From Glycera tridactyla (lineage: Eukaryota), in contig OZ286459.1 of assembly GCA_965644265.1 (NCBI GenBank), positions 52,080,001 through 52,144,000 on the forward strand: a stretch of DNA of 64,000 nt, in the 5' to 3' direction. The position numbers and the translations under genes are program-made. Of the stretch, positions 24,370-35,167 are shown in pieces (the first letter of the stretch is position 1; each line of letters opens with the position of its first letter). The notes beneath the pieces were generated by a model. The model did not search any database, was not told where the DNA came from, and was given only the letters and a program-made list of their open reading frames with translations.

Positions 24370-27340
24370 ATTACCTAACGTTATGTTCTACAAGATCATG
24401 TTTTCTAGATATTGTGAAACACCGGTGAACATTTATGGATACTAGTGCCCAATATATGAGACTGATGCTAGTCTACCAGAAAGAATTTGCTTAGTTCGCA
24501 AGATCGTCGTCCGGTCCTTTTGATCAACGTCCGGTAGTTATTGAGGACCAGAGAGATTTGTGGTATTACTAGTATCTCTGAAAACAGAAGAGATTGAGGA
24601 CCAATCCTTCTGTAACATAGAGAAGGTATTTCGAACCTAGTGCTGGCAAGTGTATGCTAGTTTACAGGACCCGATACCCACTGTGCCGAAAGAGAAGAAC
24701 ACCTTAACACTTTTTGGAGAAGACCTTCTTGTATAACACAGAGATATGGAGAGAAAGAGAGGAACCTTGTCATTTCGTGAATTTATTATCCTCGAATAAT
24801 ATTTCGAATCTAGTGCCGACGAGCGAATGATGCTACAGAGTGAGAACCGCTCCCTCTGTAACAGCGAGAAGGTATTTCGAACCTAGTGTCGGATGCTAGT
24901 CTGCAGGACTTGATGAGAGATGGAGAGAAGAACCATGCCAGTGCATGAGGAATCATGACAGTACATGAACTCAATACCCTAGTGTTGGCAAGACCGACGC
25001 TGGCCCACTCAACATTGCAGACAATATTGTGAAGTACCAGTGAACATTTATGGATAGCCGCAGTACATGGATTTAATACCCTGGAACCTAGTGCACTCAA
25101 AGAGTTTCGACAACATAGCGAGAAAAGGACCCGCGACGGGAAGAAAGTATTTTATATATTATATGTATTCAAATATGGCACAAACTGTGCACAAACATGT
25201 TTTTTTACATTAGACATAACAATATTTTATCTCGAGTGGCAATATTTTATTTTCGCTAGATTGACCTATCGATCAACGCCAGGTGATTATTAAGAAGGAT
25301 GCAAAGTATTACCAGTATTTTTGAAACAGAAGAGAGATGAGACCGCTCCTTCTGTAACACAGAGAAGGTATTTTGAGCCTAGTGTTTGTGATACCGACGC
25401 TGGCCACACATGTAAAAGATTGCGAGAAGGACATGGCATTCCGCCAACACCAGCAAATGATGCTACAGAGTGAGAACCGCTCCTTCTGTAACAGCAAGTA
25501 GGTATTTCGAACCTGATGGTGGCGAAGGAATGACGCCTCTCTACAATATTTCGGATCTAGTGGTGGTGAGCGAATGATGCTACAGAGTGAGAACCGCTCC
25601 CTCTGTAACAGCGAGAAGGTATGTCGAACCTAGTGTCGGATGCTAGTCTGCAGGACCTGATGCCTATTGTGTCAAAGAGAAGGTCTACACTATCACTTTT
25701 GAGACTTCCTCTTTGTACAACACGGCAAGAGATGGAGAGAAGAACCATGCCAGTGCATGTGGAATCATGAAAGTACATGAACTCAATACCCTGGAACCTA
25801 GTGTTGACAAGACCGACGCTGGCCCACTCGACATTGCGCACAATATTGTGAAGTACCAGTGAACATTTATGGATAGACGCAGTACATGGATTTAATACCC
25901 TGGAACCTAGTGCACTCAAAGAGTTTCGACAACATAGCGAGAAAAGGACCCACGACGGGAAGAAAGTATTTTATATATCATGGGTATTCAAATATGGCAC
26001 AAACTGTGCACAAACAAGTTTTTTTACATTAGACATAATAATATTTTATCTCGAGTGGCAATATTTTATTTTCGCTAGATCGACCTATCGATCAACGCCA
26101 GGTGATTATTGAGGAGGATGCAAAGTATTACCAGTATTTTTGAAACAGAAGAGAGATGAGACCGCTCCTTCTGTAACAAAGAGAAGGTATTTCGAGCCTA
26201 GTGTTTGTGATACCGACGCTGGCCACACATGTGAAAGATTGCAAGAAGGACATGGCATTCCGCCAACACCAGCAAATGATGCTACAGAGTGAGAACTGCT
26301 CCTTCTGTAACAGCGAGAAGGTATTTCGAACCTAATGGTGGCGAAGGAATGACGCCTCTCTACAATATTTCGAATCTAGTGGCGGCGAGCGAATGATGCT
26401 ACAGAGTGAGAACCGCTCCCTCTGTAACAGCGAGAAGGTATTTCGAACCTAGTGTCGGATGCTAGTCTGCAGGACCCGATGCCTATTGTGTCAAAGAGAA
26501 GGTCTACACAAACACTTTTGAGACTTCCTCTTTGTACAACACGGCGAGAGATGGAGAGAAGAACCATGCCAGTGCATGAGGAATCATGACAGTACATGAA
26601 CTCAATACCCTGGAACCTAGTGTTGGCAAGACCGACGCTGGCCCACTCAACATTGCAGACAATATTGTGTAGTACCAGTGAACATTTAGGGATAGCCGCA
26701 GTACATGGATTTAATACCCTGGAACCTAGTGCACTCAAAGAGTTTTGACAACATAGCGAGAAAAGGACCCGTGACGGGAAGAAAGTATTTTATATATTAT
26801 ATGTATTCAAATATGGCACAAACTGAGCACAAACAAGTTTTTTTATATTAGACATAACAATATCTTATCTCGAGTGGCAATATTTTATTTTCGCTGGATT
26901 GACCTATCGATCAACGCCAGGTGATTATTAAGAAGGATGCAAAGTATTACCAGTATTTTTGAAACAGAAGAGAGATGAGACCGCTCCTTCTGTAACACAG
27001 AGAAGGTATTTCGAGCCTAGTGTTTGTGATACCGATGCTGGCCACACATGCGAAAGATTGCAAGAAGGACATGGCATTCCGCCAACACCAGCAAATGATG
27101 CTACAGAGTGAGAACCGCTCCTTCTGTAACAGTGAGAAGGTATTTCGAACCTAATGGTGGCGAAGGAATGACGCCTCTCTACAATATTTGGAATCTAGTG
27201 GTGGCGAGCGAATGATGCTACAGAGTGAGAACCGCTCCCTCTGTAACAGTGCTCGAACCTAGTGCTCGTGAGCGAGCGACTGATGCTAGTCACACACAGA
27301 GCTGGAGAGAAGAGAAGAACCATGTCAGTGCATGGATCTA
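24370..27340. repeat. Higher-order tandem array, 819-bp unit (~3.5 copies) built from shorter related subunits
   Basis: Homologous ORF starts at 25100, 25919 and 26738 and ends at 25557, 26376 and 27195 give an exact 819 period. The core ctgtaacagcgagaaggtatttcgaacctagtg recurs within each unit. Confidence 0.92.
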
Positions 27341-28078
27341 ATGCCCTCGTTGTTATGTATATGTATATGTATATATTTATGTGTGTGTTCAGGATCAATG
27401 AAAGTTAGATGTTCTGTCCTTCTGCAGACATCACTTACATGAATCTAGAACACGAGATGATGAAGGAACTTGAAAATGTTGTCGAGTGGAAGTAACTAAT
27501 AGTTTAATCGAAAACCTATCAGTTATCTACACTTGAGGACTATTTCGCTGAAGAAACAAGAATATATAGAGAGAGAGAATAGATGTGAAGAAAAAGAAAT
27601 CAAATGATAGTGTGATTTTGTAAGGAAATACCTAAAGATAGATTTATAGAGAATTTCACAGGTATGATTTTTTCATTTGGATTTCCCCACCCCCTTCTGA
27701 AAACTATTGAGAGTATAGAGAGAGAAGGGGTGATATTACAATTTAAGCTATATCACCCCTTGATGGCAACACTTGAAAGTGAATGACCCACGCCCATCGG
27801 TGGTCACCATCAATAGAAAAACCCTGGACTCCCACCACATCTCACAGACAATATGAACAGAATATAAATAAAATTACATATATATATACAATCAAACATT
27901 CCTCAAACTATATTCGTGCTATAGGAAATACAATCAATAATCAATCCTCAAAACTATATTCATGTTATAAGAAATACAATTAATAAAAAAACATTTCAGC
28001 AGAAAAGGACATTTGCTTGTGACTTACTACCTGAAGAACAATAGAACTACCGAGAAATCAGTTCCAATCATTATCCCA

Positions 28079-28537
28079 TCATTGGTGCATGGTGAGAGAT
28101 GATTGAGTTGTGTTCTTGCACCACAACTCCACCATGAATGGCTCGGGATCTTCTTCCGCGGGCAGTTTTACATCCCACCACGGAGCGTCTCGTTGCATGA
28201 GTACCACATACGGTTGCGATTTTATGCAACTAACATGACGCTCGTAATGGACGGGGATGTATTCTGGGAATAATAGCTGGATTTCCCACTTCGCACGATC
28301 GGCCACCAATTCCTCGCTAGCATTCCTTCGTTCTTCAGGTGTAAGCCACGGGTAGGTACATTCAGTGATACACCAGTCTAGGTCGCTGAGGTCGGTTGCT
28401 TCGCGGGCTTGTTAAACTTGTTCGCACGTAAACAGGGACACGTAACCGACCACTGTCTCGATCGCCGAGGAAACACATTTGGGGACGAATGGTACAAACA
28501 CTCGAGACACGTAAGCAGGAAGGAAGGCCTGAGACAT
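28079..28537 (-). pseudogene. Maverick terminal orphan ORF (152 codons, one internal TAA)
   Basis: ATG at 28537 (MSQAFLPAYV...), TAA at 28412-28414 (codon 42), then in frame with track ORF 28079..28309. It is preceded by TTGTTCTCTTTTTACAG. Confidence 0.55.
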
Positions 28538-28568
28538 TATGAGCTGTAAAAAGAGAACAAATTTTGGC

Positions 28569-29480
28569 TTACAGAACAGTATAACCACTTGTTCTGTCTT
28601 CTTCCAATGAATCCATCAAACAAATATTACGATTTCCTCTATATTCATGGAGGAAATCAAATATTTTTCGTTGATTGAATTCACAGTGAGAACATGGAAG
28701 ACAGCGACAAAGATTTATACATGACTTGCAAGAGTGAATGCAAAAATCCCCAGGCAGGTGTAAAATTCTAGCATTACAAACTAAACAGAGGTTCGTTTCT
28801 CGATTGTGAAACTGTTCAAATGGAAGATGACTGGCATAATAATTGGTATATCTAAAAATAAATTTGACTGGTACTGCACAAATCAATTTGGTTTCTTCGA
28901 AATATGGGAGGTAATGCAATGTATTCAGTGGTGGTTCTAATTTGCGATTAGACGTGCCAGTCAAAAGAATTTTATATGTTTGATTCTGATGAGAGAGTCT
29001 GATGTCTCTCATCAACACTTGCCAACATAAAAAAAAAAGACTGGCCTTCGGTAGAGGACTTTCTTCTACTATAAAATTGAAGTTAGTAGCCAGAACCAAT
29101 CCTTCGATTCTGAGTTTAAACAAGTACAAAAAATATTGGAAGTCGTGCAATTTTCGATTCAATGAAGGAGAATCCACGATGTCATACATCTTGTTCAATG
29201 TACTTAGAATTTCATATATTTGCTGATAGCTGACCCTTGCCCAATGATCAACTTCAGCAATTGATTGGCAATCGTTAACATTTTGGTAGACACAGAAATT
29301 AATGACAAAACTCACACACTGTTCCAGGTCTGTTAATCGGAATGAGAGTAATGATTTCTTCAGCTGGTGGGCGAGGAGACAGATACTGACCTTCAAACAG
29401 ATAGAAAAGTCTTTGCGGGTCGGCATCGAGTACCCGTCTTTGGAGGTAACCAAGATGATTTTGAATGCCAGACAGGTCAA
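28569..29480 (-). CDS. Maverick accessory protein, ~290-300 aa, BC-box-like motif and C-terminal Cys-rich motif (paralog A)
   Basis: Open 303-codon frame (first ATG 29426) containing SLFFLCWQVL and DFCIHSCKSCINLCRCLPCSHC. Its start overlaps the protease stop. Confidence 0.8.
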   Translation of the reverse strand: MTCLAFKIILVTSKDGYSMPTRKDFSICLKVSICLLAHQLKKSLLSFRLTDLEQCVSFVINFCVYQNVNDCQSIAEVDHWARVSYQQIYEILSTLNKMYDIVDSPSLNRKLHDFQYFLYLFKLRIEGLVLATNFNFIVEESPLPKASLFFLCWQVLMRDIRLSHQNQTYKILLTGTSNRKLEPPLNTLHYLPYFEETKLICAVPVKFIFRYTNYYASHLPFEQFHNRETNLCLVCNARILHLPGDFCIHSCKSCINLCRCLPCSHCEFNQRKIFDFLHEYRGNRNICLMDSLEEDRTSGYTVL

Positions 29481-30010
29481 GATTTATTGCCAAATTTCTG
29501 TTCATATTTTTTGTGAAAATATGATCGCAGTTGAGAAATTTGCTTTCTCACAGATAGTATATCAAATTTTTCTAAATTAACATTATAAGTTTGCGAAGTG
29601 AACAACGCCACATACACATCTACATTTTGTTTCTGAGCTAAAATTTCTAATATTTCGCTATGGCTCAATCCTCTAGCGTACTGGGTGATATGATAGACAC
29701 AATAATGTCCACAAACAGAAGAATAAAATTGTTGAAATTGATCAGTACTATAATCGTAGCTGGGTGCTAAGAAGATTTCAAACTCCTCAAATAGTGGAGG
29801 TAAACCATAACTATCAAAATAGAAATTCTGAGAACTATGATCGATGATACAGACAATCCAATGTGTACCCGAGTCACCTGTTTTATCCGTATTGAAAACA
29901 TAAGCCCCGTCCTCACATGCAAGTTCAGCGTCCCGAGGGAATACACCTTTGAAAACACGGGATACTGTACTGTTACTATTGAGCAATGCACTAATTTGTC
30001 TGTTGTTCAT
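29477..30010 (-). CDS. Adenain-type cysteine maturation protease
   Basis: FKGVFPRD, GTHW (His), FDSYG (Asp) and QQFYSSVCGHYC (Gln/Cys). The ORF is intact; likely ATG at 30010. Confidence 0.95.
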   Translation of the reverse strand: MNNRQISALLNSNSTVSRVFKGVFPRDAELACEDGAYVFNTDKTGDSGTHWIVCIIDHSSQNFYFDSYGLPPLFEEFEIFLAPSYDYSTDQFQQFYSSVCGHYCVYHITQYARGLSHSEILEILAQKQNVDVYVALFTSQTYNVNLEKFDILSVRKQISQLRSYFHKKYEQKFGNKS

Positions 30011-30015
30011 TTTTT

Positions 30016-31430
30016 TCAATCATCAATTATGACACCTGTTTTGTCCAATTCCAAAATGTCGTCCATCTCGCAGTAGGCAATCAAGGTAGCACTTGTGGTG
30101 GTGTTAGCTGCACATTTGATTTCGACTGACACGGTTCCCTCGTGGAGAAGATTGAGCGAGCTGCAATTGGGTAATCCAAGATCAAATGCATACAGACACA
30201 TGCAGACACGGTTCCCTCGTGGAGAAGATTGAGCGAGCTGCAATTGGGTAATCCAAGATCAAATGCATACAGACACATGCCGTTGGGGTAAGCACTCGGT
30301 GACATCTTGATGCCTGCATCTTTGTAGAGAATTCCCGTGCATTGCATCAGCGATAAATAAGCTTGCATATAACAGTCTTCGTCGTAATCCATGGACAGAC
30401 ACTGGAAAGGGACGGTCAGCCCATCAACTCTCAACACTAACAAGCTGACTTTGAAATGCTGAAAATTAAATGGAGAATGTTGGAACGAGCCGGAAAAAGC
30501 AGAACTTTCAACGATGCCTAGAACGATTCTTCTAGGGATGATTCCGTTGATCAAATTGGCCTCACTCAAATCACTTGTTCCGCTATTCCTACTATACCAA
30601 CGCACTCTGGTGCGCTTGATTTCTTATAGGTGGGGTTGTGTTTGAAGCTGTTTGGTGAGTGCTTCTAAAACGTGAGAAGATATTTCGCAGTGAGGTACTT
30701 TCAGTTGAGCATCGCTTATTTCTATCTTGAAATTGGTATGACTATCTGATTTGCACATCAGCGAGAAAGCGTTATCGGCACAATGGAGAACGATGAGTAT
30801 CTCTGTGTTGTTAGGTAGGAGTTTATCTTGATTGAACAATTCGTGGTGTATTTGCCCAATTGTTTCAAATGTAGTTGAATATTGAGTTTTTTTGAATCTG
30901 GCCACAGCTCCTTCCCCCGCACCCGGTGATTCCAAAGCAACATCTCTCTCGTCGAAATCGCCAGTATCTTGGTAAAACATACCGGCAGCTAGAGTGTGAT
31001 CTTTTGCATCTGCGCCGTGTGATGGTGGAGCTTCGAAATAAGCTTTGTATGGGTACATGGTTTTGCTCACCCCAATTTGTCGACCATTGACAGCAATTTA
31101 GATGTTCTTGAACTGAGTGGCATGAATGTAACATATGGGGTGAACAAGGGATTGATCTGTCAGTGTAGCATCTGCAGCAGGTGCCGCGATGTCATTTCCG
31201 TTTGTCTTTATGATTTTCATTTCGAGATACAGGACGACATGGCGTAGATCAACAAAATCTGTATCTCCAGAAATGATGCGAAATTGTATGGGGCCTCCTC
31301 TGTCGAGAGACGTCAACGGATGATAATCTCTATAGTGTACTTTCAATATGCTAGTCTGAGTTGGTGGGATGCTGAATAAATTCAACTCGGGTCGGGGACA
31401 TTCTTGCGAACATTTGTGCATGAGACTCAT
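30016..31430 (-). pseudogene. Double-jelly-roll major capsid protein (hexon-like), disrupted
   Basis: ECPRPELNLFSIPPTQTS...GPIQF, MYPYKAYFE, IPRRIVLG...PFNFQHF, YAFDL. One frame runs 31430-30281 with TAA at 31098-31100 and 30624-30626. A 77-bp tandem duplication (30128-30203/30205-30280) frameshifts the C-terminus. Confidence 0.95.
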
Positions 31431-31439
31431 GATGACGCG

Positions 31440-31845
31440 CTAATCCAAGATGTCTTCCACCACGCGTCGCCGTTTTGATCTTCTCGAAGTTTGAGACGGT
31501 TGATTTTTTGCGTTTACGAGTCTGTTGTTTCTTCGAAGTCGTTTTTTTCTTCCTGGTCTTTTGTATTAGGTTGTCCACCGTATCCAGACCTAATTCGATG
31601 GCTCGTCTCGTGATTTTACTGCGCACACCTTGGTTCAGTCCGACTTTCTTGGTGATTTGTCCGAGAAGTTTAGTTGCCTTGGGTTTTATTAGGGGACCTG
31701 CGATGTTCCACATCGTGGACAATATCCTCGACCCGAGTCCGCTTCCTCGCTGGTATAATTCCCCCTGAAAATAGGGAAGAGCATTCCCTTCAGCATAATA
31801 ATTCTGGTAAAAGTTTTTGTCTGGGGTGTAACCACATTGTCTCAT
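31440..31845 (-). pseudogene. pVII/PM-like basic core protein
   Basis: YYAEGNALPYFQGELYQRGSGLG plus a K/R-rich tail. Removing one A from the A6 run (~31504-31509) gives the end RRSKRRRVVEDILD* with its stop at 31440-31442, 9 nt before the MCP ATG. Confidence 0.75.
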
Positions 31846-32632
31846 ATTGCCGTGGGTCTTTGACGAAGGTGTAGTTTCACGATGATTTTTCCAAACTTGA
31901 ATGGGATGATGTCTCCCTGATTGTCCGCAATTTTGATTTTGATGTGTATTACGTAGCTTTGTATTAGCGGTACATAATGGGGACTGTCAAATATCATATT
32001 CTGGTATGACAAGATACCTACAGTGGAATCGAGAGTGACGGTTTTCAATAGAGGTGCATAGACCCCGCCCACCACTGAGTTTTTCACAATGTTCGAGTAG
32101 ATGTATATATTGTGAAGTGAAAGATCTAGGCAGGCCACGTGACCGGCATGGACAGTTGTGTATCGGTGATTTGCAACCCAGCGCGTACGATCAAGATCAT
32201 CATGATGTGTAAATCCAAGTTTTCGATGCAGGGCGGATTTCAACAGGATTTTTTCACCATTATAAACTTTACAACCGACTTTTCTATTGAATTCGTTGAA
32301 AACAAGCCTGCTTCATATCCCCCCCCCCATTTATTCTGATGATATCATTCATCTCGGATAACAGTTTGGGGATGGACTCATAAAATATGAGAATCTAGAG
32401 TTCTTTTCCTTACGCCACGACCTAGAGTGACTGCTATCTCATTTTCCGATTCGGTCACATTATACCAGGTGCGAGGGAAAGCAAATTCGACCAATGCACA
32501 TTCCCACAGCCCATTGGTGAAATCAAGAGTTTCTGGTATGATAGTATGATAATGCCCGATCATGTTTTCGCTGTACTCGTTTGACCTTACATTTGAAGGA
32601 AGGGTGATGTACATATGTTTCAAAGTCGCCAT
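31842..32632 (-). pseudogene. Minor capsid (penton, single jelly-roll), frameshifted
   Basis: MYITLPSN...WECALVEFAFPRTWYN (32378..32632) and IYIYSNIV...YAPLLKTV...FDSPHYVP...IPFKFGKIIVKLHLR (31842..32243). At least two frameshifts lie between ~32290 and 32390, and that interval includes a C10 run. Confidence 0.9.
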
Positions 32633-33174
32633 TTCGCCCATTTCAATCTGCCTTTGCCTGTTTGACTTTCTGATTTCTTTCGAGAACTTTTGCGGGGAAA
32701 CCAACTGGAGGGAACACCAATATCTAGTAATGCCTCCTCAATTCTTTCAGATGCTATAGGCACATCTCGTCCACTCGTGACCACTTTGGTGTTCAACAGA
32801 TATTGTAGTATATCTAAGATGTTGGTGTTCGGTAGTAATTTGTCGTTGAGAACTACTTCATAATTCTCATTCCATCTGATGGACTCTGATGGACTCTGGG
32901 TGACGATTTTGATGATGCTGTCCACCATGGGATGATGATGACTCGGTGTATGAGATAGGATGTCTTCTGCAAATGGTATGGTGTCTGTTGTGGTATGGGG
33001 CTGTTTGAGACGGTCTTCTCTCGTTCTTTTCCTCATCAGCTTTTGTTGATATAACATCATTTTTTTACTGGATGGTAATTTCTCATCGAGCAGTATGTCT
33101 TCTTCCGTTTCTTTGGTGAAATTACATTTTTCAAACACCGATAGTGGGATGATGACACTTTCGGCAAAGCTCAT
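32620..33174 (-). CDS. Conserved Maverick hypothetical protein (WNxxxEV...NIxD...L..IGVP motif, PW/PZ-type)
   Basis: Intact 184-aa ORF with IRWNENYEVVLNDKLLPNTNILDIL and ALLDIGVPSSW. Its ATG overlaps the upstream stop (ATGA). Confidence 0.75.
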   Translation of the reverse strand: MSFAESVIIPLSVFEKCNFTKETEEDILLDEKLPSSKKMMLYQQKLMRKRTREDRLKQPHTTTDTIPFAEDILSHTPSHHHPMVDSIIKIVTQSPSESIRWNENYEVVLNDKLLPNTNILDILQYLLNTKVVTSGRDVPIASERIEEALLDIGVPSSWFPRKSSRKKSESQTGKGRLKWAKWRL

Positions 33175-33470
33175 CTTCGCAATGTGTGCTTCAACATGCG
33201 TTTCACTAGGCGAATTTTTTTCTTTATCAGCAATCTCCTCATACGTGAAGAAATGTTTTCATCGATCACAGCCGGCAATGTAGTCCGAGATTGTTTGAGC
33301 TGGCGTATTAGACTCTTTGGTATGGGAACATTCCCAATTAGGATGTTATATATACACACGCACAAGGCCTCAATATGTTCTTTGGATCCACACTCGATCA
33401 AGTCTTTAGTTTTCTGTACAGATTTGGTAACGTGGACTAAAGCAACAAATGGACGTGTACACAAGTTCAT
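33171..33470 (-). CDS. Small basic pX-like protein, paralog lacking the QxGG tail
   Basis: 99 aa with LIECGSKEHIEALCVCIYNILIGNVPI, which is similar to the N-half of 35168..35512. ATGA overlaps occur at both ends. Confidence 0.7.
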   Translation of the reverse strand: MNLCTRPFVALVHVTKSVQKTKDLIECGSKEHIEALCVCIYNILIGNVPIPKSLIRQLKQSRTTLPAVIDENISSRMRRLLIKKKIRLVKRMLKHTLRR

Positions 33471-34122
33471 TGTAGGGGGCTATGAACTAACTGATACTGA
33501 GGGTTGAATATATCCGAACGAAAACGTGCCTCGGCACAATGTCTTGTGTACCATCGATAAATAACATCCCGTGTGGCTTATTGGTGGCGGCATTGTATAT
33601 ATGCATGAAAGTTTTGATGTCCTGCGGCATGATTTTCAAGCCCAGCAAATATGCCACGCTCCTATCCAGGGGGTTGTTGAAGAGAACCCAATAGTGTGCT
33701 GATTTAGTGATGGTTTTCCGCTGTTTGCCCTCCGAAAATATATTTTGCGTGATGAGAATCACTCCGACTTTTCTATGGTGTGATTGACGCGTGAATAATT
33801 TGGCAACGGCTTGGGAAGACCCCGCTTCGGCATACAAATCGTCCAGCACGATGAGTGTCCCAAAAACGCGGTATTCCTCAAAACTCGTGGGGAGACCTTT
33901 CACCGTTTCAATAAATGAACCGTAGGCTGCATGCAGGTAGACAATGTTGTCGCTCATTTCTCCATAAAACCAGACTACTTTTTTCAGAGGAGTGTCGATC
34001 AACCTCGGAGCATGTTCTATGAGCTCGCATACCCAAGTACTCTTGCCAGATTGGCTCGGTCCACCAATGACTAGAGAAAATGGGAATTTGAGTTGGGCGT
34101 CAAAGACGTTGAAATTACTCAT
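33467..34122 (-). pseudogene. A32/FtsK-family DNA packaging ATPase, frameshift near the 3' end
   Basis: Walker A GPSQSGKST, Walker B IVLDD, SHHRKVGVILITQN. ATG at 34122 overlaps the integrase stop. A frameshift near 33540 hides the ending EARFRSDIFNPQYQLVHSPLQ* whose TGA overlaps the next ATG. Confidence 0.93.
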
Positions 34123-35083
34123 CGACTCGGCTGAGTTCTGCAGCATAAAATGGCCCCACAATTGTATCACCTGTGGGATCGATCAGTTCATAGGTGAAAG
34201 GATTTGTCGGTAGAACTTTCAGAATTCGAAACACTTCTTTGGTGAATGTCTGAGTGTATCCACGAGTGAAAACATAGCGATATCTGGCAATTCTCACGCG
34301 ATCTCCGGCTTTGTACTTGGAAGTGTTTAAATCCACCAAGCGAGGATGTTTGCCGTAATGCTTTTCAAAAATCTGGTGCTGGTTCTTTTTGGTAACTTTT
34401 GCGGGGGCAATCTCAATGCTCCGATGTTTTCTGGAATTATAGGTGTCAACAATTTTATCCAGCACTCTCCAATATGATGTGGTGTCTTTGGCAGTGAAGT
34501 ATTTATACATGATATTTTTCAGTGTGCGGTTCAATCTTTCAACTAATGCAGCTTTTTCCACGTTCAAAGTTGAGTAATGTACAATGCCTTTCTTCTGAAG
34601 GAGAGACTTGAACAGTTTGTTGTAAAATTCTCGACCTCGATCCGTCTGTATTTTAACAGGTTTTTGTTTGCTTTTTGCCAAAAGTTTCTTGAATCCATGC
34701 ACTACATCACTGGCACTTTTTATTCTGAGAGGAACAACGTGAGCTAACCTTGACAAAACATCGATTTTCACGAGCAAAAATCGATAATTCCTATTGGTTT
34801 TAGCTAGCGTACTCACATCAACCAAGTCCAATTGCCACAGGTAGTTCACATGTTTAGCATAAGTTTGTCTGCGTGGGAATTTCTTGATGGCGGGTCGATG
34901 CAGGGTGTAGGAGGGTTCACTCTCTAGGAATTCTTGAATTTCCCGTCGAGTCAAGCTTTTGAAACGTTTCTTCCCCCACCGGTAAAGGCGATCTGGTGAA
35001 GAAAAAGCAGCAGCATTTCCAATTTGATGGTACAGCGTCCTCAGGTGTATCCTCTTCTTGTCGCTCAAAACCATCTGGTGCAT
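34115..35083 (-). CDS. Retroviral-like (RVE, DDE) integrase
   Basis: WQLDLVD, IQTDRGREF, VERLNRTLK and SH3-like YKAGDRVRI. The 322-aa ORF is intact with no C-terminal chromodomain. Confidence 0.97.
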   Translation of the reverse strand: MHQMVLSDKKRIHLRTLYHQIGNAAAFSSPDRLYRWGKKRFKSLTRREIQEFLESEPSYTLHRPAIKKFPRRQTYAKHVNYLWQLDLVDVSTLAKTNRNYRFLLVKIDVLSRLAHVVPLRIKSASDVVHGFKKLLAKSKQKPVKIQTDRGREFYNKLFKSLLQKKGIVHYSTLNVEKAALVERLNRTLKNIMYKYFTAKDTTSYWRVLDKIVDTYNSRKHRSIEIAPAKVTKKNQHQIFEKHYGKHPRLVDLNTSKYKAGDRVRIARYRYVFTRGYTQTFTKEVFRILKVLPTNPFTYELIDPTGDTIVGPFYAAELSRVDE

Positions 35084-35167
35084 CTAATGCAGAATTGCAA
35101 CAGGCATATTTGCAAGAAACGTTCAATTGGATAGCCTCTTTCAAACAACAACAGCAATCTTTCGCAT

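Noticed and set aside
24370-27340. CRISPR-like appearance of a recurring core motif with variable intervening sequence
   Set aside because: The intervening segments are homologous to each other and repeat with an 819-bp period. Cores vary in sequence and spacing, there are no cas genes, and the context is eukaryotic.
24810-27398. Repeated minus-strand ORFs MSALGSRVLNP... as real genes
   Set aside because: They start at GTG, have no recognisable domain, and are a by-product of the tandem unit. Kept only as a possibility under the array finding.
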